Counted from the stretch's first letter, positions 28,246 through 42,462 are shown. The stretch is 64,000 bases of DNA from Octopus bimaculoides (GCF_001194135.2 NC_068995.1:54395514-54459513), one strand, 5' to 3'. Notes: generated by a model not told the origin, from the sequence alone. Made by a program: numbers and translations.

Positions 28246-29224
28246 TTCATTTTGGGATTTGGTTTGCAAGATTCTTTATGTGAGTTTGTGTGTTGAAGCA
28301 TATTCTGTTGCGTTTGGGGAGAGTCATCTTCTTTTTGTGCCTTATAATTTAACACACTCAGCGGTAAAATTTTCACTTATTCCTTATTTTATTTTCCTAA
28401 AATTTTCGTTGCAACCGTTTCAATAGTCTTGATTCTGTCCATTAATTACACTGCGTACCTTTTTGTTTGTTTGTGCGCATGTGTATTGGTCAGTGTGTGC
28501 GTCTATATGTTTGTGTGTGAAATGTGTTTGTATATGTATGCACCTTGTGTCTCCTTGTGTGTGCATGTCTGCGTGTGTGTGTGTGTTGCAACTATGTACC
28601 TATCCGTCTGTATGGTGATCTGTTTATTTTCATATCCATATGCTTACATACATGTGCATATACACACATTGCACAAACACACACACACGCATACACACAC
28701 ACACACACACACATATTGACAGATTACATCATCTGTAGTTTAAGTTGTTTAGAATGTACATAGATATTCGTATGATGTTAATTATATGACAGAAATATAT
28801 TGGGTGCATAATCCTGCTTCTAGTCCAACGTGAAGCCGGAACCGTGTAACATATCATGTAAAATGGTCTCGTGGATTACTCTTACTATTCAAATTATACT
28901 GATTTATAATTCTAGATTAACGAACATCGTAACAGATAATGTCTAATCTTCGAAAATTAAGTCATATAAGATATGTTTACTTATGTTCTGAGAACAAATC
29001 ATGCCTGAGTAAACACTGAACATGAATCGGCAAACAAATGATTAAATAGGCAGTTAATGTTCACTATAAAACCTGACGAAAGCAATTGTAACAATGCACA
29101 GTCAGCAAAATGTGAATGGTCAAGAAATTCGGTGTTTTTTGAATTCCAAGTTCCAAGAAGTTTTTCATTATTACACTGTGTACAAGTCTCTAATAACCTC
29201 CTCCGCTCCAAGTACCCAAACCAT

Positions 29225-29690
29225 CGACACATATGCACACACATATACATACCTAAATACACAAATAGATGCATCGACATCAATATATACATACATATAC
29301 ATACATATATATATTTATATATGCACAGATATGCATATATATACATACATAAATATATGTATATATGTATATATACATATACATATATATATATATNNNN
29401 NNNNNNNNNNNNNNNNNNNNNNNNNNNNNNNNNNNNNNNNNNNNNNNNNNNNNNNNNNNNNNNNNNNNNNNNNNNNNNNNNNNNNNNNNNNNNNNNNNNN
29501 NNNNNNNNNNNNNNNNNNNNNNNNNNNNNNNNNNNNNNNNNNNNNNNNNNNNNNNNNNNNNNNNNNNNNNNNNNNNNNNNNNNNNNNNNNNNNNNNNNNN
29601 NNNNNNNNNNNNNNNNNNNNNNNNNNNNNNNNNNNNNNNNNNNNNNNNNNNNNNNNNNNNNNNNNNNNNNNNNNNNNNNNNNNNNNNNNN

Positions 29691-29725
<35 letters not shown>
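29225..29725. repeat. Degenerate TA/CA tract, gap and (TA)n
   Basis: Direct reading. Confidence 0.9.
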
Positions 29726-29728
<3 letters not shown>

Positions 29729-30764
29729 TCTGTGTGTTTTTGTATGTACCGATATTATATTGGGAGATGTGCACACTGAAGAAGATAAATGAGAGGGCAA
29801 GTGCAACAAACGTAGACCAGATATTAGAAATATATTTTGCGCGAACAAAATCAATATCGGATGCAATTGAAACAGTAAGCTTTATAGGAAATTCAATACC
29901 AAAAGCAGCATCAGCATCTCTATGTATAGCAGTAGCTGCAGCACTGGTAGCTTTAGTGAGAACCAGAACATGCTAGGTACATAAATAACAGCAACAATTT
30001 TATTACACCAGTAATATAGACGGTCAATCTAACGGGAATCTGGAAAAGCAGATAATTTTCTGTGATTATAGATTTAGATTCTCTTAGCATGTCTAAAACT
30101 GCGATATTGTGCATTTCAAGAGATTATTATAGTAGCCATGTTTTACTTAACTATAAGACTATGTTCAATTTTAATAACAGAAAATACAGGGAAAATGAGT
30201 TTTATTCTCCTGCGGCATGGTTAGAAAAGATTAATACACCAAGGGTATCATCGAAATAATTTGCTGAAGACAATAAATTACTAGCCACGAAATGGAAATA
30301 TCACCCGTATATAATCTGTGAATATTGAATAAACCTGTTGCACTTTTCTTACATCAAGGAGCACAAGGCATTCTGAACACCGTAACAAGAAATACAGAAC
30401 CGAGAGAATGTTGCGATATCCGCAGCATTTATTTTCAAAACACTTGTAATTTTATATATGGTGTATTATCTCTTTAAAGTGGAACTATAACTGAGAAATG
30501 GACTCTTAGCTGTGGGAAGACTTCTAAGTTTCAGAAATTTCGCTTCTAAGAGAAGCAAGGTGTCTTTGCGTAAGTAATACTAAAATAGTCACAAGAAAAC
30601 AGGATTGTGTATCCGTGTAGTTGGTAATGGCAGAGCAAACTCCTTCAAATTTCAAGTTTCCTGCTTTAAACAAATGGCAGATTACAAGAGATAAGTGAAA
30701 GTTAGGACAAAATCTCAGATTTCGCAAACCTTAATTCTTTTAAGGCCGTCTTGGAACCAAATAA

Positions 30765-31052
30765 AACAACAGCAGCAACCCCTCCTCCCCCATCCACTTC
30801 TTCCTCCTCCTCCTCTTCTTCTTCTTCTTCTTCTTCTTCTTCTTCTTCTTCCTACTCCTCCTCTTCTTCTTCTTCTTCTTCTTCTTCTTCTTCTTCTTCT
30901 TCTTCTTCTTCTTCTTCTTCTTCNNNNNNNNNNCTCCTCTTCTACTTCTTCCTCCTCGTCGTCGTCCTCCTCCTCCCCGCCGCCGCCGACTCCGCGACCG
31001 CCAACACCACCACCACCACCACCACCACCAAACTACTACTGCCACTACTACT
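30765..31052. repeat. Compound trinucleotide array (CAG/CCT/CTT/TCG/CCG/CAC/CTA)
   Basis: Long (TCT)n core at about 30815-30923 with CCT interruptions, grading into CCG, CAC and TAC triplets. Confidence 0.95.
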
Positions 31053-31416
31053 GTATGCATAGATAAGTGCCATTCGTATGTATAGTTTTTATTCATAAAA
31101 CATGACATGTGATACAATATTAATATCATCATTTGAACATGTCGAGAATTTAGCTCTTACTCATTGCTGTATCATGCACTCAAGAGTAAGATTAGCGAAA
31201 ATAGTAGACTTAGAAGCATTAAATTAATGAAATGCTTTTGCAGAGAGAGTTTTCAAAATGTGAGAACTTTGTTGTGATCTCATACATAAATCAGTTAATT
31301 AAATATATGGATGTATGCATGAGGTTATGTATATATGCATGTCACACACACACACACATAAATGTATGAATGTATGTATATGAGCACATCTATATGTATG
31401 TAGACACACACACACA

Positions 31417-31453
<37 letters not shown>

Positions 31454-33371
31454 TCCAATGAGAGAACTGTCTTTTGAGACTTCCAAATATTTATATATTT
31501 GATATTCTAGCTGCCATCCATTATTTCTAGAATGTGCAATAAATAAAAACATATGTTAGCACACATTTATTCACGTACATGTTGCCGCACTCGCTTGAAC
31601 TTTCAAGCAAACGTGCAGTCACATGCACACGCAAAAACACACATATGCACACACGTGCACACTGAAAGAGTGATGCACAAACAAAACGCATTCATATACT
31701 TGCATACACACACATACGTACATGCATACATACATGCATAATACTTACATGCATACACACACTAGCACACATATATATATATACATTCACATTAAATCAC
31801 GTGTATATACAGTCATATTTTTAGGCATAGACTAAGTGTCTGTCTCTGTGGGGAAAGTGTTAGTATCGGTTGGTTAAGCAGGCACCAGATTGAGTTAATG
31901 GCTTCTATGTTTATAGTTTATAGAAGGCAATAATTAGAGAGTTTCGGTTAATTTCGTTGGACGAGAGACATATATATGATAGCAATTATTTCCGTTGGGC
32001 AAAAGCATTAAAGAAAGATCAATAAATAAATACAATCACAAAATAGTCAACATCATATATTATCAGGCTTCTAACCAATGTTCTCATTATAAGTTTCATC
32101 AATAGAACCCGCATACGTGTTCATCCGTATTCCTTGACATAATCTCCGAAGGCATCTCTTTGCTATTAGCATGGCAAACAAGCACTAACATCATCACCAA
32201 TGTGATGAGAATAGGATCAAATAAGGCCTCTGATCATATCCTAAAATTTGTATTACATAGTTTATACAGTTCTCGATAGTGAGTCTGAAACAACTAAATT
32301 ATCAAGGTTGGAGTATCATTTATCATAGTTCGTTTCGTTCAGCAACAATGGCCCCAGTATCTCATCTAATAACAACGTAGTCATCATTCCAACCACCCGT
32401 TAAGCACCATTTATACCGCCACATCTTCACCCATACCTTTTTAACCGCACCGCAATCAGCAACAGCTGACATGACAACAACTGTAGCATCAAAACGTGTA
32501 CCAAGAACACAATCACCAATAACAGGGTCATTAGCATTTTCAACAAAATAACATGAATAACCACAAAAGGATAAACATTATTATTTGGATGGGAAAAGTG
32601 ATGATTTTGTTAACGAGTATGTTCCAAAGTATAATTCTAGTACTTTATTGTATGCGTGTTATTAATTGAAATATGAATTTTTCTCTATTTACCAATCCTC
32701 TGATTTGGCACTTCATTCTTGACCCAATCACATAAACAGCTGGCACGCGGAACTGGGTACAACTGCAAACATTCTGCCCAAGCAATAACTGTCTCTTTTT
32801 ACATTCAGCGGTTTATCATTTACGTTCATTTCCCTACCTCTTTTACGTTGATGCGAGTACAATGATTTAGTGTCATGCTGATGACAAAGAAATGCATAGG
32901 CTAGCGTTGAGACATAGACACTTGAGCCGGCTAAAAATGTTCAAAGAATATGTAATGAATAATTCAGGGGAAATTGATTGAAAAATTTGAAATCAAGGCC
33001 ATATAATTAAATTACTTTGTGACTATGTTCTGTTGGCATGTTCAACACTATGACGGAAAAAAATTAGTACCCGTTGAAGGAATAGGTGTGATCACGAGGT
33101 ATTTCAGGCACTAGTTACTAGTATGTTATAAATACAATAGCGATGTTGTTCTAGCATGGTGAAATGAATAAGCAAAGGTTTATTCAAAAGTATGATTAAT
33201 GTTGAGCACAGGGTTCTTATGAGAAATTTTGTAACTATACATATCATCAAATATTCTACGGAAAAATAATAATTTACAGAGATATTAACATCTCTGCTTC
33301 TGTCATTGATAATGGGCACATTTAAATCCAATGGTTCTCATTTGTGTACATGACACCGAATGAGTGATTGA

Positions 33372-33410
33372 ACGTTAATGTACTACGTTAATGTACTATG
33401 TTAATGTACT
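33372..33410. repeat. 13-bp tandem repeat x3 (a[c/t]gttaatgtact)
   Basis: Units at 33372-84, 33385-97 and 33398-410. Confidence 0.95.
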
Positions 33411-33625
33411 AAGGTGGTGAGTTGGTAAAATCTTTACCACGCCGGGCAAAAAACTTAGCGGCATTTCGTCCGCCTTCACTTTCTGATTTCAAATGCTGAC
33501 GAAGTACACTTTGCCTTTCATACTTTTCGTGGTCGATAAAATAAGTATCAATTGAGCACTGGGATCGACTTAATAGATTAAACCCTTTCCACGGCACTGC
33601 TGGTCTTGTGCCAAAACTTGAAGTC
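33411..33625 (+). mobile_element. Octopus-type SINE family 1, near full length, with TSD
   Basis: aaggtggtgagttggtaaaatc...cacgccgggc...cttagcggcatttcg...ttcaaat...tttgcctttcat...gtcgataaaataagt...ggtcttgtgcc. Flanked by aatgtactaag at 33403-13 and 33626-36. Confidence 0.92.
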
Positions 33626-35430
33626 AATGTACTAAGTATTATAAAATTAAATATTTATAGTAAACATGCCTAGTACCCATTGATACATGCTCTATAAGTT
33701 GTAATAACAAACATTATCATCATTGATTCCTTGTTGAAAAGTGCTCGAATTTACCGACGTAAAAATTGCTTCCGTTGGGAGGAATCACCTATGTTGGAAG
33801 TATTTAGTCCAATTACACTGTTTTAGGAATATCTTCTCACGCTATTGCACCTGTCACGATCTGCTGAAACGCTGTCATTTCTCACCTAAGTTATTAAAAA
33901 GAGCAAACAAATAAAAGGAAGAGTAAAGCTAAACGTTTGCAATATTCAGAATTTAAATAAAACAAAGATTACGAATATTTAATCGCTTAAATAACTTGAA
34001 TTAATTTATTAGGTTGAAAAATTTGTGAGCATTTTGAAAAAAAAAAAATTCCGTTAAGACGGCCTATCACGGAAATATGCTAACATGACAAAAATGTAAA
34101 TATATTTTCCCGCACGGTAAACACCTATTAAGCAGAATATGTGAGTGACTGTATTTCATCTTTTATTTTAGTTTTATTTTGCTTGAACAGGTTTCCGTTT
34201 AAGAGCTGAAACTGCACCGAAGGGAAATGAGAAAAGAGAAAGGAAATTCATTTTTTAATATATTGTTTAAACATTTATCCTATTGTTTTAGCAAGATCAA
34301 AGAATAAAAGCTTTTAAAAAATAATCGCTTAATGTTACACTTACAGCATGCAATTTGATAGTTATTGCTACTAAAATATTGTGTGACGAAACCTTTGATA
34401 TATCATAATTAATAACAAAATATAATATACACATATGTATAAAAACATACACACCTACACATCGTTTTGTTGAGATGACTTTTGCTACACAAACAAATAT
34501 TTGGTTAATAGCCACACTTTAGAATTCGCAATCATTATGGAACACAATACTACTTGATGTCCGGTACCGACTTTCTGTATAACCTGACAGGTGATAATTG
34601 GTCTGTGTTTTAAAAATTCTGTTAGAAATTCCCTGGTGTTCTAACTGATTAATGCAGGCATTCACCGAAGTTTAGTTGAGCGTGTCAATAAGAATATGTT
34701 GGCCTCAGGAGAATCACTGCGGTCCATTTACTGTAATAAGTGTCAATCTAAAATTATTCGCTCTATGTACGAACACATTAGAGTGGTATATTGTTGGCCA
34801 TTACCTCAATATCTCAGATAGTTCCAATAGATCACACAGAGGAAAAAAGCCATACTATAACATGTTTGATTAGTACACGAAGATTGATGGCAGTCGCAAA
34901 AATAGGACAAATAAATGCATGCATTCAATTAAAATTTTTACATTCATGAGATTAAAAAGAATAAATTCTATAGTCACTAATACTGACTGTTCTATATCGA
35001 TGATCAAGAAATGCACACTCGCATATTGTTGCTGAACAATATACATTATGTAATACATGATACCAACAGGTCAGTAATTTGAACAGCCTCAACACTTTAG
35101 ATAAGATCTGTATTCTTTAGATTGCCAAACAGAAAGTATAGGTCTTGACATTTTACCTTCCGGTACAATACGCATTAGAACTAACACTTATCAGAATAGC
35201 ATCAAAGTAGCATTTCTCTTTCCCTCCCGCTCTCACTATCTTCACGAATTATAGATCTCGATATCTATGCAAGTTTTCTATTCCATTGATTTCTAACATC
35301 TGAAAGGCGATGCAGTGGTCATAAGCACAAGACAGCTCAGCATCTTCAATCTTTCTCCTATCCTCACGTTATAATTTCAATGTAGCACTGAAAATTGTGA
35401 TGTTTCATTATGTTGTAAACGTGTAAATTG

Positions 35431-35508
35431 GTCAGCTGGCAGAATCGTTAGCATTACGGGCAGAATATTCAGCGGCATTTGTTCTGGTTTTATGTTCTGA
35501 GTTCAAAT
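35431..35508 (+). mobile_element. SINE family 1 head only (A-box and B-box region)
   Basis: agctggcagaatcgttagca..cggg...agcggcattt...ttatgttctgagttcaaat matches the 42566 copy, then homology stops. Confidence 0.8.
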
Positions 35509-36975
35509 GAAAGGTTAAATAGATATTATCGAAATTTATACCTGTTAATGCAGGGCGTCCAGCTACCTGATATATATGAATTAGTAATGTATCCTACAAA
35601 ATAAACATTCGAGATAAATGGTTCACATTTCCATTTATTCCTAAAATACGATTTGTGATTATCACAAATTCATGTGAAAAGGTTAAACGGTATTTTTAAA
35701 CATGTAATGATTTGCTCTAAATGTATTTCTTGGGTTGGCGATAATCTTTGCCTACGCCTTATCCACCAAATAAAGTTTTTATAAACACTATTTAAGAAGG
35801 GTTTGACTGTCACTTAAATCCAATAGTTATTTGTCGTTCTAAGCCAGATACAGCTGTGCATCGGCATGATAGCTATCATATAGTTCTTAGCAGTCACTAC
35901 CTTTCAATGTGACAAAGCCTTTGCCATGGGTATTAGCAAAGAGTTTTCTATTTTCTGGTGAAAGAAACCCAATTAAAAATATTCATACACTTGGCTAATC
36001 TTACAGTTATATATTTTCCATTCTCAAGTCTGTTGTTTGCTGCCAGTTACTTCATGTGTATGGATGGAGGAAATTGACTAAAAGAAGAGGCGAACCTGAA
36101 TCACACAATCAGTTTCTTTGTAGCGACAACAACACTGCATGATGAACATTGCTATTCATATATATACCGTCGAAAAAAGTTACATATTCTTACATAAATT
36201 TAATATGAATTTACAGCCACGCGTGACACAAATAATAATTCATGATATACAAATAATTGCATGCCATGCTAGGAATGCCGAAAACCATATACTCAATAAA
36301 TAGTTATGCATAAATACAATGACGTACGAACGCATAACCAAATATGCTTGAACATATATACACGCGTACATAGTCCTACACAGAACCACATAGATGTATA
36401 TACGTATCAAATATTTATCTTTTGCAATTAGGTATACCCCTTGTATACATGAAATATATGAAATTCCGTGCTAGAATTTTCTAGAAAGGTTTATTTACAT
36501 GACACCACATATCAACAACCTCTCCATTCAGGGGAAAAATAATGGAATAAACCATCACGGATATAGACTCAAAACGAGACTATTAAATCGTAGTTTCCAA
36601 GGTATTCTGCAATCAAGGTATCGATTTAGTGTTCGTTCCCGGTAGTTTATATTTATCGAATGCTAACGACATAACACTAACCTATCTCCTATTCAATAAG
36701 TATGATTCTGTGCGTTATAGGGAGTGCAAATAACTCTATCAGTGTCGATATGTAGGTTCTGTTGAGAAATTCGCTTTCAAAGAAAGAAATTCCAGGTTCA
36801 ATCCATTTCTCACCATCTACACGAATTGTCGATCCATTAACTTTCGGTCGACTGAACCAGTTCGACTGAAATTTAGTAGACAGTAGACAAACTTTGTTCC
36901 ATTTCGTAACATGACATTTAACAATTATTTGAAGTTTCAATTTAGTCGCACAAGTTAACATTCTAACATTTCCAG

Positions 36976-37011
36976 GTGGCCTGCGTACAAGAGTTTGAAA
37001 AAAATCAATCA
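36976..37011 (+). CDS. Candidate 36-nt micro-exon (VACVQEFEKNQS or WPAYKSLKKIN)
   Basis: Branch-like ctaac, acceptor atttccAG, donor CA/gtgagt, length a multiple of 3. Confidence 0.2.
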
Positions 37012-38127
37012 GTGAGTTACACAAGTCTTCAGCATGAGTATAATTTTATTATCGTACAGACATCGTCCATGTACAATCAGAATTGAAGAGATTTCAATGA
37101 AGCTGATCGAAATTTTACTTTAAAGAAGCCAAGTCGATGATCAAAATGGTTTTGAGAGTGTATATAATATGCTCTACTTTTTTGAACTACTCATGTTTTC
37201 TGTTTAGTAGGTTTCTTGTTGACTAAATTCTTGTACTAAAATTGCACCTAAAATCTCTAATTCCTTAAAGAAAACAGCTAATTAATATAATATTTCATTA
37301 GACATATTTCCACCACAATGGGGAAAATTGAATCTACAATATTATGGCGTTAATCGAGTAATCACTTGTGCAAAATTTTCTCTAACCTTCCAAGAACACA
37401 ATGGTATATTCCAAAGAAAGCACATACAACAGAAGAGTTTGCATCAAGATAAACAGTTTATAGCACAACGTTTTATGGCGTCGCCTGTAATATTTTAGCA
37501 TGGAACATGTGAATTCAATGCTATTATATACCTTATCCAATTTCCTTTTACTGGTTTCATTCAGGAAACAATATTTCACAGAGAACAATATAAAGTTAGA
37601 AAATCCAGAAATTACTTTTTTGCTTGTTTGTTTATGTTTAAAGCTTATTATAAACATGGTTGATTATTTCCTTTTAATCATGCTAACGGCTCCAGACGTT
37701 TATTCACAGCAGATTCTATCTTGCAGAAATTCATATGATCAGATTATATCTGCAAGAGCCATCAGACCTGCCGACAGGAATGCTAAACTCGGATATTCAT
37801 TAAACTTATAAATAACTTTCTTTCGGAATATTTTCTTATTCCCACTTGTTTCTGCTCTTCGCTGAATTGGTTTACCGTTGAGACATAGTTTTATGTTCCA
37901 TTAAATGAGCAATGAGTTCAGCGAAGATCAACATTGTTTGAACAAGAAACAAATTTAATATTATACCGAACATTCTTAGTTATATAAAGAAATAGTGAAC
38001 TTACAAAACAAGACAGTTTGCTTTAAAACAATTCAATGAGGTAGAGTTTTTTTTTTATTAGAGATTTATATTCAAAAAGGACATACCAAAAATAGACAAT
38101 CATTAGAAGTAGAATATTGGTAAAATT

Positions 38128-38245
38128 TATGTATGTATGTATGTATGTATGTATGTATGTATCTATCTATCTATGTGTCTGTATGTCTGTCTATCTGTGT
38201 GTCTTTATATCTATCTGTCTTCATGTCTATCTATCTATCTATCTT

Positions 38246-38278
<33 letters not shown>

Positions 38279-38280
38279 AT
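38128..38280. repeat. (TATG)n-(TATC)n compound microsatellite
   Basis: Direct reading. Confidence 0.95.
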
Positions 38281-38980
38281 TTAACTATATTATTCTTATC
38301 GATCGATTAATACATCACCCTGTATATCTATTTATCTAGGTACATTTACGTGTGTATGTACGTGTGTATGTACGTGTGTGTGTATGTATGTATGCATGTG
38401 TGTATGTATACGGATACACATACATATCTCACTGTCTCTCCTTACATAAGTGTGTGTGTGTGCATGCGTGATGCATTTATGTGTATGTGTGTCTAAGTTT
38501 ATATGTAAACTTGGAACATACTATTTAGGCTAACATTCAATACCATTAACAATAAATATTACATGCTGAATAGATCACCATGTTGTAGTATCGATGATTT
38601 TGCAACCATAATTTACGCATTTGGTTTTATTACTTTCAACTTTTAATACTTTCAACTCAAGAGCGGTGTCGCCAAGACACACACTAACACACACATACGC
38701 ACACACACACTTACTCGTATGTATATTTAACAATTTAATAAAATCATCCACTATTTTTTTTTTTTACCAGATTAGAAAATACTAACACATATTTCTATTG
38801 TATTCATGGATTTGGGGTCCTTAGATGGGATACGGTCTACTGATTCCTTTATGAAAACTTCTGCTTACTTTCGACGAGATTACATTCCAATACAGAAACT
38901 GTTCATCTATACAACTTGAAAGTATATAGCAGCATTACCACACCGAAAATAATAGATACATACACACACATATATATATG

Positions 38981-39290
38981 AGGGCCGAGTGGTTAGTTAA
39001 GTTGTTGCGCTCACGATTGCGGGATTGTGGTTTCGATTCCCAGACAGGGCGTTGAATGGTGTTCTTGAGCAAAGGACTTCATTTCACGTTGCTCTGCGAT
39101 CATTTCGACACCTGGCATGAGACGCCCAGTTGCACTTGTAAAGTTGTAAATGTAATGTCGATCTTATGGACGAAGTGAGCTTATGTGTACACAAGCATTT
39201 GATCATTATCAACGAATCATCTGTGTAGTTGTTCGATAAGTAAGGAATTACCGAACCCTCGTACGTCGCCTAACGACGTGAAACTCCATT
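38981..39290 (+). mobile_element. tRNA-headed SINE family 3 (CORE-like body)
   Basis: A-box ggccgagtggttag and B-box ggtttcgattccc, then gtgttcttgagcaaaggacttcatttcac, similar to the gtgtccttg.gcaag.cact motif of CORE-type SINEs. Ends in a TA/TG tract. Confidence 0.75.
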
Positions 39291-40389
39291 GTATATATGT
39301 GTATGTATGTATACATATGTGTATATATATATATATATATGTGTGTGTGTTTGTGTGTATTTATTTATATGTATATATTTATATAATTATATACATATAC
39401 ATATATAGAAAGAAGGGAAGGAGAGAGAGAGAAAGATAGAGAAAATGATAGATAGACAGATAGATAGATAATATCTCATGGAGTCCAGCAAAATTTTGCG
39501 TTCCTTATTCACAAAGGGATATGCTTTTTAGTTATAAATAATACTGTTTACTATTCCTTTGATTACCTTACAAACGCATCAACGTCTATTTGTGTGCATC
39601 GGTACAGATTTTCCTAGTCACATCCGTAAATATATAAATGAATGCTTCTATTTCGTGTTGTACTTCTTCTTTCCTCTCCTCAAATTTATTTGCAAAATAG
39701 TTATGTATTTTACTGCTGAATGTTGATTTTCCTATATGTTATCTGTTACATTTAGTGTATATGCATATTAATATGCTCGGCGAATATTTATTAGAAATAC
39801 GGATCAATATACAGTGTGAACTTTAACATCGGTTGGTCTTTCAGAAGCAGATATAAATCAGTCTAGTCACCCGTTCATACAAACAGAAAAAATACACAAG
39901 ATTGAGTGTAGGAATTTCAGTGATAAACTGCGTTTTTGTAAACAACTATGATCACTAGAAACATAACTGCTATTTTACTTTGTTTCTCACTTTCTCTCCA
40001 TTTCCATTTATTGAGGTATACACTTAGACATATATAAACACATTTCTTTTAGTTTATCTATCTATCTATCCATACATACATAGATACATACACACATACA
40101 TACATACATACATACATACATACATAAATAAATAAATAAATGCTTTCATCATGAGTTAATCTACAAAAAACAACTCTACTTGAAACACAATCAAATAAAT
40201 GTTGTAAGCAAATATAGCTTCAAATAAAGATGTGGATCTGTTGATCACTGATACTCGCTAATTATATTTAATAGGAAATAGCGTTAATTGTGAAGGAAAG
40301 CATGTCACATATTTCTACAGCAGATCACATGAAGTCTTTCTCATAGTATTTCTATTCTTCCGGTACTAGGAAAATGTTCCCACTTTTTC

Positions 40390-41286
40390 NNNNNNNNNNN
40401 NNNNNNNNNNNNNNNNNNNNNNNNNNNNNNNNNNNNNNNNNNNNNNNNNNNNNNNNNNNNNNNNNNNNNNNNNNNNNNNNNNNNNNNNNNNNNNNNNNNN
40501 NNNNNNNNNNNNNNNNNNNNNNNNNNNNNNNNNNNNNNNNNNNNNNNNNNNNNNNNNNNNNNNNNNNNNNNNNNNNNNNNNNNNNNNNNNNNNNNNNNNN
40601 NNNNNNNNNNNNNNNNNNNNNNNNNNNNNNNNNNNNNNNNNNNNNNNNNNNNNNNNNNNNNNNNNNNNNNNNNNNNNNNNNNNNNNNNNNNNNNNNNNNN
40701 NNNNNNNNNNNNNNNNNNNNNNNNNNNNNNNNNNNNNNNNNNNNNNNNNNNNNNNNNNNNNNNNNNNNNNNNNNNNNNNNNNNNNNNNNNNNNNNNNNNN
40801 NNNNNNNNNNNNNNNNNNNNNNNNNNNNNNNNNNNNNNNNNNNNNNNNNNNNNNNNNNNNNNNNNNNNNNNNNNNNNNNNNNNNNNNNNNNNNNNNNNNN
40901 NNNNNNNNNNNNNNNNNNNNNNNNNNNNNNNNNNNNNNNNNNNNNNNNNNNNNNNNNNNNNNNNNNNNNNNNNNNNNNNNNNNNNNNNNNNNNNNNNNNN
41001 NNNNNNNNNNNNNNNNNNNNNNNNNNNNNNNNNNNNNNNNNNNNNNNNNNNNNNNNNNNNNNNNNNNNNNNNNNNNNNNNNNNNNNNNNNNNNNNNNNNN
41101 NNNNNNNNNNNNNNNNNNNNNNNNNNNNNNNNNNNNNNNNNNNNNNNNNNNNNNNNNNNNNNNNNNNNNNNNNNNNNNNNNNNNNNNNNNNNNNNNNNNN
41201 NNNNNNNNNNNNNNNNNNNNNNNNNNNNNNNNNNNNNNNNNNNNNNNNNNNNNNNNNNNNNNNNNNNNNNNNNNNNNNNNNNNNNN
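40390..41286. other. Assembly gap (897 N)
   Basis: N run. The 327-336 aa ORFs in the track are gap artefacts. Confidence 1.
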
Positions 41287-41328
<42 letters not shown>

Positions 41329-41784
41329 GACACACACACGTACATACACATACAGAGACATAAAAGAATAGCTGTTCAGCTAATAGGATAGAATTATTGG
41401 TATAAAAAGGATAGTGTAATATATCCTAATGTATTGCAAAAATGTACTGAAATTAATTGCAGGTTCGGACGGAACTTGCTTAGTAATTTATGGCTTTTTG
41501 CTCCACAGACATTAAGACGCACGTCCACACACGCAGACACAAGCGGATTCCCATACTTATATATACCATTTTATGGCCTTCCATAAAAATAAAACAATAA
41601 GACAAAAATATATATATATTCATGTGTACATTTATATCTATATACACATATATGCATATATATGTATCTGTATACACACACACAAACACACACACACACA
41701 CACACACACATATGTATATATATATATATACATATATAAAAGTAGATATAGACAGATATATAGACCGACAGACAGATAGATAGG

Positions 41785-41817
<33 letters not shown>

Positions 41818-42344
41818 GTGTGCATGCATGTATCTGTATGTATGCGTGTATTTAAGTATATCTGTATATTTCTAACCTTTATTCGTTTGTTTTGGTACAA
41901 TTATAAATTATACCCTTATTACCTCAGACGCAACACTGTACATATTTCTGTCATATTCGTTTGAAAGATCTGTTTGAATACACACACACACACAAATATA
42001 CCCACACACTCCCACACACACACATCCCCCCCCNNNNNNNNNNCACAATTTGTTATATCTATGAATCATTTTTGCAAAGCTATTAATAAAGTGTATAGTA
42101 GGAAGGTTGCAAACATTGCAGGAAGACGTTCCTTTGGAAACGCAATAAAAGTTGCATCTGTATTCTTTTCAACAATAGACAGTTTTACGGTAGTTTAAAT
42201 ATTTCAATTATAGCTGGGAGACTAAGATTTTAAATGAGAATATAATGAACCGAATGCATGAAATATACTACCTCTGATATTTCATTGACATCAACGTAAT
42301 TGTTGACACCACCATTGCCATACTTCCTAAAAGATATACGCTAG

Positions 42345-42462
<118 letters not shown>

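Noticed and set aside
29734-29976. ORF ending in a hydrophobic tail (..AASASLCIAVAAALVALVRTRTC)
   Set aside because: Built from degenerate gca/gta triplet low-complexity sequence next to a microsatellite; no acceptor site.
33372-33410. Short direct repeats as a possible CRISPR array (also 56437-56495)
   Set aside because: Contiguous tandem units without spacers, in eukaryotic DNA with no cas genes.
33843-33862. miR-92-like string tattgcacctgtcacgatct
   Set aside because: No complementary arm upstream to form a precursor hairpin.
36689-37024. 111-aa minus-strand ORF
   Set aside because: No recognisable domain, non-ATG start, and compatible with chance.
38981-39055. tRNA gene
   Set aside because: A and B boxes are present, but I could not fold a cloverleaf and the sequence continues into a SINE body.
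39586-39732. Minus-strand frame beginning GKST (Walker A-like)
   Set aside because: A stop lies two codons upstream, there is no pyrimidine tract for an acceptor, and the frame closes after 48 codons.
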